Source of the DNA: Pseudomonadota bacterium
GTDB taxonomy: Bacteria; Pseudomonadota; Gammaproteobacteria; Steroidobacterales; Steroidobacteraceae
Length of the DNA: 64,000 nucleotides
Assembly (NCBI GenBank): GCA_046047615.1
Contig: JBJOHO010000067.1
Location: 34,599-98,598, forward strand
Reading direction: 5' to 3'
Shown here: positions 10,634 to 22,386 of the stretch, in pieces
Numbering within the stretch: position 1 is the stretch's first letter
Layout of the letters: every line of letters begins with the position of its first letter
Position numbers and translations under genes: made by a program
The notes under the pieces: generated by a model
The model's database searches: none
What the model was told of the DNA's origin: nothing
The model's input: only the letters and a program-made list of their open reading frames with translations

Positions 10634-11698
10634 TCAAGGCCGCTCGACGGCTTCCGGTCCGCTGTCATGCGCGAGCACCCGCGGCATGGCCTCGAGAACC
10701 GGCAGCACGGCTGACGGATCCACCCCGCAGGGCAACGAGGGCGCCGCCCAAGGCAAGGCCAGCCGCGCCAGCTGCAACTGGTCTTCGCTGACCCCACGGC
10801 CATCGGCCGCGCGCACCACGCCCAGGTGCACCTCCAGTTCAGGCCAGTGCACCAGGTTGGCCAGCGCCTCGAAGGCCATCAGCTCGGTGAACCGCGCGGG
10901 CACGTTCAGGTGCACCCAGACCGGGGCGTGCTCAAAGGCCGACAACGTCGCACCCACCAGCCGGCAGGCCTGGTCCAGACCGGTCACAGCCGCGGCTTGC
11001 GCCGTGAAGGCGTCGCGGCGGCAGTAGTGGAAGCCGACTTCCAGGCCGGCAACGCAGGCACGCGACAACGTGGCATACCCGTGCAGCACCCGCTGCGGCA
11101 GGCTGCGCCGCGAGGCGATGTCGCGGGCCCGCGTTTCCCAGACGCGCAGCTCGCCGCTGGCCGAGAATTGCAGCGTGACCCGGTCGGCCGGCAGACGCGC
11201 CAGCAGGAACGTGAGCTCTGCGGCAATGGCCTGCTCCAGCTTCAGCAGCAGGGCGTCGATGGCCTCCGCTTCGAGCCCGGCCAGATCGGGCCCGCCGGGC
11301 GCGAGCAGCAGGGTGCAGGGCGTGGGCCAGCCCAGCACGCAGCGCATGCCCCCGGGCAGCATGGCGTCCGCGTCGACCGCGTCGCGGAACGCCGCGTAAA
11401 ACCGCACGCCGGCCTGCGAAGGCGTCCACGTCGGCACCGCGGCATCGGCCGCTGCCGCAGCTTGGAGCACGGCATCACGCCAGGCACGCCAGCCGGGAGA
11501 CTCGCCGTGGATGTCCTGACCGGCAGGCATGAAACGCAGGGCGCGCCCCGCCAGGGGCGAGGCTTCGACCGGGTGCAGGGCACCCACGGGAGCGGTGCCC
11601 GGGCCGTCAACATAGACCACCGGCTCGCGGCGCAGGATCTCCTCGGGGATGAGGGCAGCAGGCTCCAGGCCCGTCAGCAGGTCACAGGCCTGGCACAT
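10634..11698 (-). CDS. Conserved-looking hypothetical protein, possible MetE/UROD-like Zn methyltransferase fold
   Basis: ORF 10634..11698 (354 aa) with ATG 4 nt after the folD stop and high GC3 coding bias. Motifs in MetE-like order: GFHYCRRD (His-x-Cys), EVHLGVVRAADGRGVSEDQ, and LPCGVD near the C terminus. The functional call is tentative. Confidence 0.7.
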   Translation of the reverse strand: MCQACDLLTGLEPAALIPEEILRREPVVYVDGPGTAPVGALHPVEASPLAGRALRFMPAGQDIHGESPGWRAWRDAVLQAAAAADAAVPTWTPSQAGVRFYAAFRDAVDADAMLPGGMRCVLGWPTPCTLLLAPGGPDLAGLEAEAIDALLLKLEQAIAAELTFLLARLPADRVTLQFSASGELRVWETRARDIASRRSLPQRVLHGYATLSRACVAGLEVGFHYCRRDAFTAQAAAVTGLDQACRLVGATLSAFEHAPVWVHLNVPARFTELMAFEALANLVHWPELEVHLGVVRAADGRGVSEDQLQLARLALPWAAPSLPCGVDPSAVLPVLEAMPRVLAHDSGPEAVERP

Positions 11699-11702
11699 GG
11701 TC

Positions 11703-12569
11703 TCAGGCCCGCGCGGCCTGCAAGGACCTCTCCGCCGAAACGATGGTGTTGTGCAGCAGCATGGTGATGGTCATGGGACCGACGCCGCCCGGCACCGGCG
11801 TGATCATCGAGGCCTTGCGGCTGACGCCTTCGAAGTCCACGTCGCCGACGATGCGACCATCCGGCAGGCGGTTGATGCCGACATCGATGACGACGACGCC
11901 GGTCTTGACCATCTGCGGGATGATGAGGCCCGGGACGCCGGCGGCCACCACCAGGATGTCGGCCAGCAGCGTGAACTGCGTCAGGTCGCGGGTCTTCTTG
12001 TGGCAGATGGCGACGGTCGCATCCTGCTGCATGAGCATCAGCGCCATCGGCTTGCCGACGATGTTGCTCGCGCCGACGACCACGACGTTGCGCCCTTCGA
12101 TCTCCACGCCCTCGTGCTCCAGCAGCTTCTGCACGCCGTAAGGCGTGCAGGGCGGGAACACCGTATTGCCGGTGATGAGGCCACCGACGTTGTAGAGGTG
12201 GAAGCCGTCGACGTCCTTGTCCGGCGCGATGCGCTCGAGCACCAACCCGACGCGGATCTGCGGCGGCAGCGGCAACTGCACCAGGATGCCATGGACGCGC
12301 GGATCTGCGTTCAGCGCGTCGATGCGGTCCAGCAGCTCGGACTCCGGCGTGTCGGCCGGCAGGTGGTGGAGTTCCGAGTGGATGCCGGTGTCACGGCACG
12401 CGGTGATCTTGTTGCGGACATAGACCTGCGAGGCAGGGTTGTCGCCAACAAGGATCACTGCGATGCCGGGCACCACTCCATGGTCGGCCTGCAGGGCCTG
12501 CACACGCGCCGCATATTCGGCGCGCAGCTTCCTGGCGACGGCCTTGCCGTCGATGATGTGTGCGGTCAT
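11703..12569 (-). CDS. folD: Bifunctional methylenetetrahydrofolate dehydrogenase / methenyl-THF cyclohydrolase
   Basis: [16 protein letters not shown]...[16 protein letters not shown]...GILVQLPLP is the classic FolD sequence, at full length (288 aa). Confidence 0.97.
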   Translation of the reverse strand: MTAHIIDGKAVARKLRAEYAARVQALQADHGVVPGIAVILVGDNPASQVYVRNKITACRDTGIHSELHHLPADTPESELLDRIDALNADPRVHGILVQLPLPPQIRVGLVLERIAPDKDVDGFHLYNVGGLITGNTVFPPCTPYGVQKLLEHEGVEIEGRNVVVVGASNIVGKPMALMLMQQDATVAICHKKTRDLTQFTLLADILVVAAGVPGLIIPQMVKTGVVVIDVGINRLPDGRIVGDVDFEGVSRKASMITPVPGGVGPMTITMLLHNTIVSAERSLQAARA

Positions 12570-12584
12570 GGGCGTGCCTGCCGG

Positions 12585-13985
<1,401 letters not shown>

Positions 13986-14013
13986 GTCAGCAATGCTCCT
14001 GGTGCGCCGTGTG

Positions 14014-15186
<1,173 letters not shown>

Positions 15187-15228
15187 GGGTGGCTGTTCCT
15201 GGCGTGTTCCGTCGGTGGATTGTAGCGG

Positions 15229-16194
15229 TCAGTAGGCAGGCAACGGGATGCCGAAGCTGTCGCGGTAACGGGCCGCGAATTCTTCCATGGTGAAGCGGTG
15301 GTTCTGCGTGCCGCGGGTCTCGATCTTGAGGGCGCCCATCAGCGAGGCGATGCGACCGGTGACCTCCCAGGGCAGGCCGCGCAGCAGGCCATGGATCAGG
15401 CCGGCACGGTAGGCGTCGCCGCAGCCGGTCGGGTCGATGATGTCGCGCGGCCTGGCCGCCGGCACGCGGATCTCGCGGCCCTCGGCATGGATGACCGAGC
15501 CTTCGCCGCCGTGGGTGACGATGAGGGCCGACACGCGCGAGGCGATCTCGGCGGCCGTCCAGCCCGTGCGCTGCGTCAGCAGGTTCCACTCGTACTCGTT
15601 CACCGTGACCCAGGTGGCCTGGTCGATGAAGGCGCGGAACTCCTCGCCACTGAACAGCGGCATGGCCTGGCCCGGGTCGAAGATGAAGGGGATGCCTGCG
15701 GCAGCGAAGTTCGCGGCGTGGGTCATCATGCCGTCGCGGCCGTCAGGGGCGACGATGCCCAGCGCCACGCCCTCGGCACGGCGCACGTCGTTGAGGTGCG
15801 AGTACATCATCGCGCCCGGGTGGAAGGCGGTGATCTGGTTGTCGTCCAGGTCGGTGGTAATGAAGGCCTGGGCGGTGTGCGCGTCGTCGATGCGGCGCAG
15901 GAAGTCGCGTGGCACGCCGTGGCGGTCCATCCAGTCTGCATAGGGCCCGAAGTCGTGGCCGACGGTGGCCACGGCATAGCCCGGGTCGCCCAGCAGGCGC
16001 AGGTTGAAGGCGATGTTGCCGGCGCAGCCGCCGAACTCCCGCCGCATCTGCGGCGCGAAGAACGACACGTTCAGCATGTGGACCTTGTCCGGCAGGATGT
16101 GGTTCTTGAACTGGTCCTCGAACACCATGATGGTGTCGTAGGCCATGGATCCGCAGATCAGGGCCTTGCCGGGGTTCACGAGCGGGGATTTCAT
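15229..16194 (-). CDS. PfkB-family kinase, adenosine-kinase-like
   Basis: ORF 15229..16194 (321 aa) with the PfkB C-terminal motif DPTGCGDAYRAG. Its ATG overlaps the upstream gene stop (ATGA). The substrate assignment is inferred from the metK/ahcY context. Confidence 0.85.
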   Translation of the reverse strand: MKSPLVNPGKALICGSMAYDTIMVFEDQFKNHILPDKVHMLNVSFFAPQMRREFGGCAGNIAFNLRLLGDPGYAVATVGHDFGPYADWMDRHGVPRDFLRRIDDAHTAQAFITTDLDDNQITAFHPGAMMYSHLNDVRRAEGVALGIVAPDGRDGMMTHAANFAAAGIPFIFDPGQAMPLFSGEEFRAFIDQATWVTVNEYEWNLLTQRTGWTAAEIASRVSALIVTHGGEGSVIHAEGREIRVPAARPRDIIDPTGCGDAYRAGLIHGLLRGLPWEVTGRIASLMGALKIETRGTQNHRFTMEEFAARYRDSFGIPLPAY

Positions 16195-17360
16195 CGGTAG
16201 CGGCGCCTCGTCACGACAAAAGACTCGTCATTGAACCAGAGTCCGCCATGCTTCTGCAGGACTTCGGACGTGATGTCGAGGTAGCCCGGATCGCGGACCA
16301 CGTGCTCGACGCGCTCGTCCTCGATCTGCGCGACATAGATCGCGGCGTTCCAGGCGGCGAACAGCGTGGAGGTGCCGACGCGGTCGCCGATTTCCGAGGG
16401 CAGCGTGTGCATGGCGTAGCGGAAGACCGCCTTGTCGTCCGGCACGGTAGGCACGGTGTAATCGCGCAGGTCCTTGCCCAATTCGGACTTCAGGGCTGCC
16501 GTCAGTTGGTGGCGGTCGACGGCGAAGGGATTCTCGCCGGGCCAGCAGCGCTGCACGATCTCCAGCGCCGGGTCCTTGCCGCAGGACTGCACCACGACCA
16601 GCTTGCCACCCGGTGCCAGCGAACGCGACAGCGGCGCCAGGATGCGGCGCGCCTTGAACTGCGCGTCCATGCGCGCGCGCCACGGCTGCGACGCCAGCAC
16701 CAGATCGAACTGGCCGGGCGGACGGCCCGGCCGGGGAATGACGGCATCGAGCAGGAACTGGTGGTCCTCGCGGTACATCACCAGCACCGTGGGCCGCGCC
16801 GGCATCGGGTTGCCGGTGGCCGGCGACGGCGTGGTCTGCCAGCCATGGGCCAAGGTGGGACCCAGCGCTTCGATCTGCTCGGCGAAATCGTAGGACGAGT
16901 TGCCGGACAGGCGCACTTCCTGCCAGTTGAACGCCGCGGCGGCTTTCACGTCGCGCGGCAGCAGCTGCGGCGCGTCCGCGTAGTTGAGGTTGGTGATGAC
17001 CAGCACGGTGGCCGGATGCTCGACGAAGCGGTCCGGCATCTTCTCAAGGCCCAGCCTGACGTCCTCGAGGCTGATCTCCTTGGCGACGACCATGAGCGGC
17101 ACCGCGGGGTGCAGCGCGTTCACCTGGCGCATCAGGCGCGCCAGGATGGTGGCATCGCCCATGCCCGCATCGAAGATGCGCAGCGCCGGTGGCGTGGGCT
17201 GCAAGGAGGCCAGTTCACGGCCGACGCGGCGCGCGATGGCGGACTTCTCGCTGCAGGTGCTGACGAAGGCCAGGTACTTCTGGCGGTTGTCGTAGAAGCG
17301 GAACGGCGGCGAACCGGAAGTGTCGTTGCCCGCCACGCTGATCACGTTGCTCGCGGTCAT
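16191..17360 (-). CDS. Uncharacterised class-I SAM-dependent methyltransferase-like protein
   Basis: Within ORF 16191..17423, with ATG at 17360 preceded by AGGGAAG. It has a motif-I-like RIFDAGMGDATIL, then MVVAKEIS (acidic residue after beta-2), and later APGGKLVVVQS. The product is 389 aa. Confidence 0.75.
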   Translation of the reverse strand: MTASNVISVAGNDTSGSPPFRFYDNRQKYLAFVSTCSEKSAIARRVGRELASLQPTPPALRIFDAGMGDATILARLMRQVNALHPAVPLMVVAKEISLEDVRLGLEKMPDRFVEHPATVLVITNLNYADAPQLLPRDVKAAAAFNWQEVRLSGNSSYDFAEQIEALGPTLAHGWQTTPSPATGNPMPARPTVLVMYREDHQFLLDAVIPRPGRPPGQFDLVLASQPWRARMDAQFKARRILAPLSRSLAPGGKLVVVQSCGKDPALEIVQRCWPGENPFAVDRHQLTAALKSELGKDLRDYTVPTVPDDKAVFRYAMHTLPSEIGDRVGTSTLFAAWNAAIYVAQIEDERVEHVVRDPGYLDITSEVLQKHGGLWFNDESFVVTRRRYR

Positions 17361-17484
17361 GGTGCTTCCCTGTCGTGCGCGGCGACCCCCCGGTCGCGCC
17401 CGCCGACTGTAGCACCACGGCACGACCGCCGCGCCAGCCTTCGGGCGCCGCGGCGGGTTGCGCGCGCGACGCCCGCCGTCGCCC

Positions 17485-17799
17485 TTACTCGTCGTCGGCG
17501 ATGGTGACCTTGAGCCCGGCCAGGGCGTCGGTGAATTTCACCTGGCACGACAGGCGCGAGTTGTCCTTGTAGGTCGAGAGGTCCTTCAGCAGGTCGAGCT
17601 CGTCGCTGTGCGGCGGCTGCAGCTTGCCGGCCCAGGCCGGGTCGACGTACACGTGGCAGGTGGCGCAGGCGCACATGCCGCCACAGACGGCCGCGACGCC
17701 ATAGTCCAGGTCGCGCAGGTTTTCCATCAGCGTGAGGCCGGTGCGGGCCTGCACCTCGTGTTCCACGCCATCCCGGTCAACGACAAGCAGCTGCGTCAT
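17485..17799 (-). CDS. 2Fe-2S ferredoxin, adrenodoxin/putidaredoxin type
   Basis: ORF 17485..17799 (104 aa). It has the Cys pattern C-x5-C-x2-C (CGGMCACATC) plus a distal Cys in SRLSCQV. Confidence 0.9.
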   Translation of the reverse strand: MTQLLVVDRDGVEHEVQARTGLTLMENLRDLDYGVAAVCGGMCACATCHVYVDPAWAGKLQPPHSDELDLLKDLSTYKDNSRLSCQVKFTDALAGLKVTIADDE

Positions 17800-17858
17800 G
17801 GGTCATTCCTGTGGTTTGCAGACTCTGTTGGGCGCGTAGTGTGCCGACCGCGCGGGGT

Positions 17859-18659
17859 TCATACCACCCCGGCGGGCAGTCGCCGGCTGCCGCACCACAA
17901 CAGGTTGAGCGTGGCGAACAGTTCGCCGTAGAGCGCCAGCGGCGCGTCGAGCGCGGGCGCCGCCAGTCCTGCCGCTGCCCGCAGGCGCGCGGTCCCGCGG
18001 CGGGTCAGCTGCGGGTAGTAGGCCAGCAGGCAGGCCAGGTCGTGCAGCGGATCAGCCAACTGCGCGTATTCCCAGTCGACGAGGCAGGGCCCCGGGCCCA
18101 CCAGGTTGCCCAGGCACAGGTCGCCATGGGCGATCACCGTGGGACGCCCTGCCCGCCAGGGCGCCAGACGCTGGGCCGCCTGCCGCAACTGTGCGCAGGG
18201 GCCGGGCGCTGCGCCGGCGGCGGCGTGGGCTGCCGCGAGCGCCGGGAGGTCCAGCGGGTCCAGATCCGGCGGCACGGGCAGCGCCTGCAATTGCGCCAGG
18301 CGTTCACCGAGCCGGTCCAGGCACTGCGGGTCGTGGAGATTGGCGGCTGTCCACGGTGCGCCATCGACGAAGGTCATCAGCAGCCAGCTGCCGCCGGGAT
18401 CCGTGGCGATCACCGCGGGAGCCAAACCGGCCGCGGCGGCACTGCGCTGGCAGGCCTGTTCGCGCCGCGGGCAGGCACCGGTCCGCGGCAGGGCACCGCG
18501 CCGTTGCCGCAGCACGAAGCGCCCGGCGGCGGTGTCGATGCGCAGCACCTCGTGGGCACCGCCGCCGCCCAACAGGGGCTGCACGGACCGCGGCGCCTGT
18601 CCGGACCCACAGCCCGGAATGTGCCGCAGCAGGGCCGGCGGCAACGGCACCTCCCTCAT
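17859..18659 (-). CDS. APH/choline-kinase-fold phosphotransferase, putative thiamine(-precursor) kinase
   Basis: C-terminal 266 codons of listed ORF 17859..19535, starting MREVPLPP at ATG 18659 (ATGA overlap with the pnuC-like stop). It has the Brenner motif IAHGDLCLGN and the downstream VDWEYA. Confidence 0.8.
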   Translation of the reverse strand: MREVPLPPALLRHIPGCGSGQAPRSVQPLLGGGGAHEVLRIDTAAGRFVLRQRRGALPRTGACPRREQACQRSAAAAGLAPAVIATDPGGSWLLMTFVDGAPWTAANLHDPQCLDRLGERLAQLQALPVPPDLDPLDLPALAAAHAAAGAAPGPCAQLRQAAQRLAPWRAGRPTVIAHGDLCLGNLVGPGPCLVDWEYAQLADPLHDLACLLAYYPQLTRRGTARLRAAAGLAAPALDAPLALYGELFATLNLLWCGSRRLPAGVV

Positions 18660-19255
18660 GTTGCGCCGGTGCCGGGGGCAGCGGCGGCGCTCTCCAGCGG
18701 TGCCAGCAGACGGCGCCAGCGGCGCCAGCCCTCCACCGCGAGCACGGCATAGAGGACGAACAGCAGCGCCAGCCACGGCAGGCCCTGGGCCAGGTAGAGG
18801 CCGGTGATGACGACGTTGATGACGACCCAGTACAGCCAGTTCTCCAGCACGGCGCGGGCCGCGAGCCAGGTGGCCCAGAGGCTGAAACTGGTGGTCAGCG
18901 CGTCGAGCCACGGCCAGGCGGACTGGCTTCCGGGCGGCAACACCTGCTGCTGCAGCGGCACCAGTGCTGCCGCACCGGCCACGGCCAGCACCAGGCCAGG
19001 CCCCTGCCGCCGGAGCGACCAGCGCTCGACGGCCAGCACGCCCGGAGAGGCCGACCAATGCCGCCAGCCCTGCACGGCCAGCACGATGTAGAACAGCTGC
19101 AGGCCCGCCTGCAGCGGCAGATTCGATGCCCACGACAGCCAGCCGAGCAGTGCCGCACTGGCGGCGCCCACGGGCCAGCACCAGCGCTGGCCGCGCAGCG
19201 CCAGCAGCACATAGGCCAGTCCCAGCAGCAGCGTGGCCAGTTCCTCCAGATTCAC
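18656..19255 (-). CDS. PnuC-family transporter (PnuT-like, vitamin/thiamine uptake)
   Basis: ORF 18656..19255 (199 aa), multi-TM and Trp-rich (LENWLYWVVINVV, GWRRW), as in PnuC proteins. The GTG start overlaps the TonB-receptor stop (GTGA). Confidence 0.85.
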   Translation of the reverse strand: MNLEELATLLLGLAYVLLALRGQRWCWPVGAASAALLGWLSWASNLPLQAGLQLFYIVLAVQGWRHWSASPGVLAVERWSLRRQGPGLVLAVAGAAALVPLQQQVLPPGSQSAWPWLDALTTSFSLWATWLAARAVLENWLYWVVINVVITGLYLAQGLPWLALLFVLYAVLAVEGWRRWRRLLAPLESAAAAPGTGAT

Positions 19256-21318
19256 CGCCGCACCACGACCCGCAGGCCGATGGCGCGCGGATCGCCGTTG
19301 TACAGGTACAGCTTGGGGGTCCAGTCGGGCGGCTCGTTGCCGAAGTAGAAACCACGCGTGGCGTAGCGCTGGTCGAAGACGTTGCGCAGCCAGAGGCTGG
19401 CCTCCCAGCCCTCGCCCGCCAGGCCCGCCCGCAGGTTGACGAGCGTGTAGCCGCGGGCCCGCTGGTCATGGCTGGCGCTGAAGTAGAAGCCGTCGGTGGC
19501 AGTGGCATCGGCGCGCGCGAACCAGCCGCTGGCATGGCGGTAATCCGCGCTCAGGCTGGCCTGCCAGGAGGGCGCGTGCGCCTGGTCGCGCCCGCCCAGG
19601 TCACGGCCGTCAAGCACGTAGCGGTCGAAGCGTGCGTCGAGCAGGCCGAGCGTGCCCGCCAGCTGCAGGCCCGCCAGCGGCCGCCAGCGACCCTGCAGTT
19701 CCAGCCCACGATTGCTGCCGCGGGCGGCGTTGTCGGTGAGGTAGACGAAGGTCAGCGGATCCTGCGGGTCAGACTGGAAGGAGCTGCTGACCTGCTGGTC
19801 CGTGCGGCGCATCAGGAAGGCGCTGGCCTGCAGGTCCCAGTCGCGCAGCTCGCCCGCAAGGCGCAGCCCCGCCTCGATGTTCCACAGGGCCTCGGGCGCG
19901 TACTGCGCGAGGTCGGCCGGCAGGCCGGCCGCGAGGTTGAAGCCGCCAGCCTTGTAGCCCCGGTTGAGCGACAGGTAAGCGGACGCCGACTCGTCCCAGC
20001 GTCGCGTGAGCGTCGCGTGCCCGCCGGTCATGCGGTCGGTCGGCGCAAACTGCAGCGCATTGCTGTCGCGGTAGCGCGCCTCGCGCTGCTCGCGCCGCAG
20101 GCCCAGCGACAGCGCCCAGCGCGTGCCCAGGTCGAGGTCCAGCTGGCCGTAGGCCGCCAGGTTGGTGGCGTGGTACTGGCTGTCGAGGCTGCGGTAGACG
20201 TCGCCGTTGTACAGGTCGAGCAGCTGGTAGTCCTCGTCGAGCCGTAGCGCATACAGCCCGCCAACCCAACGCAGCGGCCGGCCGGTGGGCGACAGCCAAC
20301 GCAGGTCCTGCGACAGCGTGCGGCGCTGGCGCGCGGTGCGCTCGAAGAAGTCATAAGGACCGTTCGCGCCCCAGTAGGCGTCGTTGGCCCAGTCACCGTC
20401 GAAGGAATAGCGGATGTCCGAGTCGGCAAGGCTGGTGCTCGCCTGCCACTGGCCAGACTCCGGCGTACCCACGGCCAGGCGCGCAGCGAGACCGAGCGAA
20501 CGCTGGTCGTCCTCGCCAGGCCGGTCCGAGCGCGTGTTGCGCGAGTTGTCGAGCGCCCAGGCGTCATACCCGTTGTCGAGGTCGGCGAGCATCGCGGTGA
20601 GGTCAAGGCGCAACGCCTCGCGCGGCTGCCAGCGCAGCTTGCCGCGCAGCAGGCTCTCGTCCTGGCCGTTGGTGTCGTCGCGACCCAGGAACAGGTTGCG
20701 GCGGAAGCCATCGGCGACGCCCCGGTGGGCCGTCAGGCGCAGTGCGAGGTCCGGCGAACCCAGCGGCGTGTCGAGCACCAGGCTGCCGGCGCGCAGGCCG
20801 TGGTCCCCGAGTTCGGCCGTGGCCTGCAGTTCGTGTTGGCCGCGCGGGGCACGGCTTTCGAGCGTCACGAGACCGGCCAGTGCATTGGCGCCATAGGCCG
20901 TGCCCTGCGGACCGCGCAGCACCTCGACGCGCGCCAGGTCGGCAAGAAAGGCCGGCATGCCGACGCCGGAGAAGTCGATGCCGTCGATGAGGAAGCCCAC
21001 CGACGGGTTGGGCGCGCCCTCGTACTGCTCCAGCTCGCCGATGCCACGCAGCTGGAAATAGCGGGGCCGCGAGGTGCCCCCGGCCTGCAACAGGTTGGGC
21101 ACCAGGCCCAGCACGTCGCCGAAGTGGTTGACGCCCGCGCCGCGCAGCGTCGCGGCGTCGAGGACCGTGGCACTGACCGGGGCACGCGCGGACGGCAGGT
21201 CGCGCAGTCCGGCACGGACCACGACTTCTTCCAGTACCTCGGCGTGCGCCTGCAGGGGAACAAGGGAACTGGCCACCGCCAGTGCGATGGACGATAGGAC
21301 AGATCGACTCAGGTGCAT
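19252..21318 (-). CDS. TonB-dependent outer-membrane receptor
   Basis: ORF 19252..21324, with ATG at 21318 giving the signal peptide MHLSRSVLSSIALAVASSLVPLQAHA. A plug region (VVVRAGLRDL...) is followed by a long beta-barrel. It lies directly downstream of the TPP riboswitch. Confidence 0.9.
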   Translation of the reverse strand: MHLSRSVLSSIALAVASSLVPLQAHAEVLEEVVVRAGLRDLPSARAPVSATVLDAATLRGAGVNHFGDVLGLVPNLLQAGGTSRPRYFQLRGIGELEQYEGAPNPSVGFLIDGIDFSGVGMPAFLADLARVEVLRGPQGTAYGANALAGLVTLESRAPRGQHELQATAELGDHGLRAGSLVLDTPLGSPDLALRLTAHRGVADGFRRNLFLGRDDTNGQDESLLRGKLRWQPREALRLDLTAMLADLDNGYDAWALDNSRNTRSDRPGEDDQRSLGLAARLAVGTPESGQWQASTSLADSDIRYSFDGDWANDAYWGANGPYDFFERTARQRRTLSQDLRWLSPTGRPLRWVGGLYALRLDEDYQLLDLYNGDVYRSLDSQYHATNLAAYGQLDLDLGTRWALSLGLRREQREARYRDSNALQFAPTDRMTGGHATLTRRWDESASAYLSLNRGYKAGGFNLAAGLPADLAQYAPEALWNIEAGLRLAGELRDWDLQASAFLMRRTDQQVSSSFQSDPQDPLTFVYLTDNAARGSNRGLELQGRWRPLAGLQLAGTLGLLDARFDRYVLDGRDLGGRDQAHAPSWQASLSADYRHASGWFARADATATDGFYFSASHDQRARGYTLVNLRAGLAGEGWEASLWLRNVFDQRYATRGFYFGNEPPDWTPKLYLYNGDPRAIGLRVVVRR

Positions 21319-21321
21319 GGA

Positions 21322-21420
21322 CACCGCATCCCTCCGCCGGTACTAGCCGGATCAGGTTCTATGGGTTTGCCGGACCATCCGGCATCTCAGGCTCTGGCGA
21401 GCCACCCCTGGGTTCGCGTT
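21322..21420 (-). promoter_or_regulatory. TPP (THI-box) riboswitch
   Basis: The minus strand reads GGGGTGGCTCGCCAGAGCCTGAGATGCCGGATGGTCCGGCAAACCCATAGAACCTGATCCGGCTAGTACCGGCGGAGGGATGCGG. This contains the hallmark GGGGUG, CUGAGA, ACCC and GAACCUGAUCCGG-UAGUACCGGCG-AGGGA blocks. The GGAGGGA doubles as the Shine-Dalgarno about 10 nt before the receptor ATG. Confidence 0.85.
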
Positions 21421-21468
21421 ATCGTAACGCCCGGCGCGCAGCAAACAAGTCTTTACAAGGATGCAAGG

Positions 21469-22368
21469 ATGAGCAGGTCGGTCGAGGTCTTCCAGGTCGA
21501 TGCCTTCACGACGGAGCGCTTCACCGGCAACCCGGCGGGTGTGGTGCTGGGCGCGGAGGTGCTCAGCGATGGGGAAATGCTCGCCATCGCGCGCGAACTC
21601 AACAACGCGGACACGGCCTTCGTGATGCCGGCCACCGGCAAGGACCACGACATCCGCGTGCGCTTCTTCACCCCGCGCGTGGAGGCCGCCTTCGTCGGCC
21701 ATGCGACGCTGGCCGTGCACACGGTGCTGGTGTCGCGCACGCCGCGGGCGGTGTGCAGGCAAGCCGGCAACGCCGGCGTCGTCGAGGTCAGCCGCACGCG
21801 CGACGGCGGCGGCTTTTCAATCAAGCTGCCACCGCCACAACTGGGCCGCGTGCTGGACGGCGACGAGCGCACCTCGGTGCTCGATGCCCTCGGCCTGGCT
21901 GCCCCGACACTCGACCTGCGCGCGCCCATGCGCATCGCCGGCGGCGGCGGTGGCCGCCTGCTGATCGGCGTCGAGTCCGCCAGCACGCTGGACAGGTTGC
22001 AGCCGGACCTCGCCCACCTCACCCGGCTGTCGGCGAGCCTCGGTGCGGCTGGCTATTTCCTGTTCACGCTGGCACCGGCCCAACCCGGCTGCGCCGTTGA
22101 ATCGCGGATGTTCTGTCCGGCGCTGGGCATCCCGGAGGACCCCGTCAGCGGCAATGCACACAGCCTGTTGGCCGCGCATCTGCTGGACCTGGGGTTGCTG
22201 CCCGTCGTGGCCGGCCGGCTGCAGTTCAGCGGCACGCAGGGCCACCACCTGGGTCGCCCGGGACGCGTAGACGTGACGCTGGACGTCGACGCCGCGGGCC
22301 GCTGCACGGCGGCACACATCGCCGGCCGCGCAGTGCGCGTGTTCGGCACGCGCATCGACCTGGACTGA
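21469..22368 (+). CDS. PhzF-family isomerase-like protein
   Basis: Within ORF 21313..22368, with ATG at 21469 preceded by AAGGA. The sequence MSRSVEVFQVDAFTTERFTGNPAGVV...ARELNNADTAFV is a typical PhzF N terminus. Confidence 0.9.
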   Translation: MSRSVEVFQVDAFTTERFTGNPAGVVLGAEVLSDGEMLAIARELNNADTAFVMPATGKDHDIRVRFFTPRVEAAFVGHATLAVHTVLVSRTPRAVCRQAGNAGVVEVSRTRDGGGFSIKLPPPQLGRVLDGDERTSVLDALGLAAPTLDLRAPMRIAGGGGGRLLIGVESASTLDRLQPDLAHLTRLSASLGAAGYFLFTLAPAQPGCAVESRMFCPALGIPEDPVSGNAHSLLAAHLLDLGLLPVVAGRLQFSGTQGHHLGRPGRVDVTLDVDAAGRCTAAHIAGRAVRVFGTRIDLD

Positions 22369-22386
22369 GGGTCCGCCGCCGCGTGT

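Noticed and set aside
13986-14013. Expected an SAH riboswitch upstream of ahcY. Also checked the 42-nt gap upstream of metK (15187-15228), the 124-nt GC-rich spacer at 17361-17484, and 17800-17858.
   Set aside because: The gaps before ahcY and metK are too short for an aptamer of roughly 80 nt. The 124-nt spacer forms GC hairpins (for example GCGACC-GGGG-GGTCGC) but lacks the conserved SAH-box strings I remember (AGGAGCG..UGC, CAGGCUCGG, AACGGCGCUCAC). An Rfam scan would be the definitive test.
17859-19535. Listed 558-aa ORF treated as a single large protein.
   Set aside because: Only the last 266 codons (from ATG 18659) look like a real protein, an APH-fold kinase. The upstream part runs out of frame over the PnuC-like and TonB-receptor genes and is Ala/Arg/Pro-rich.
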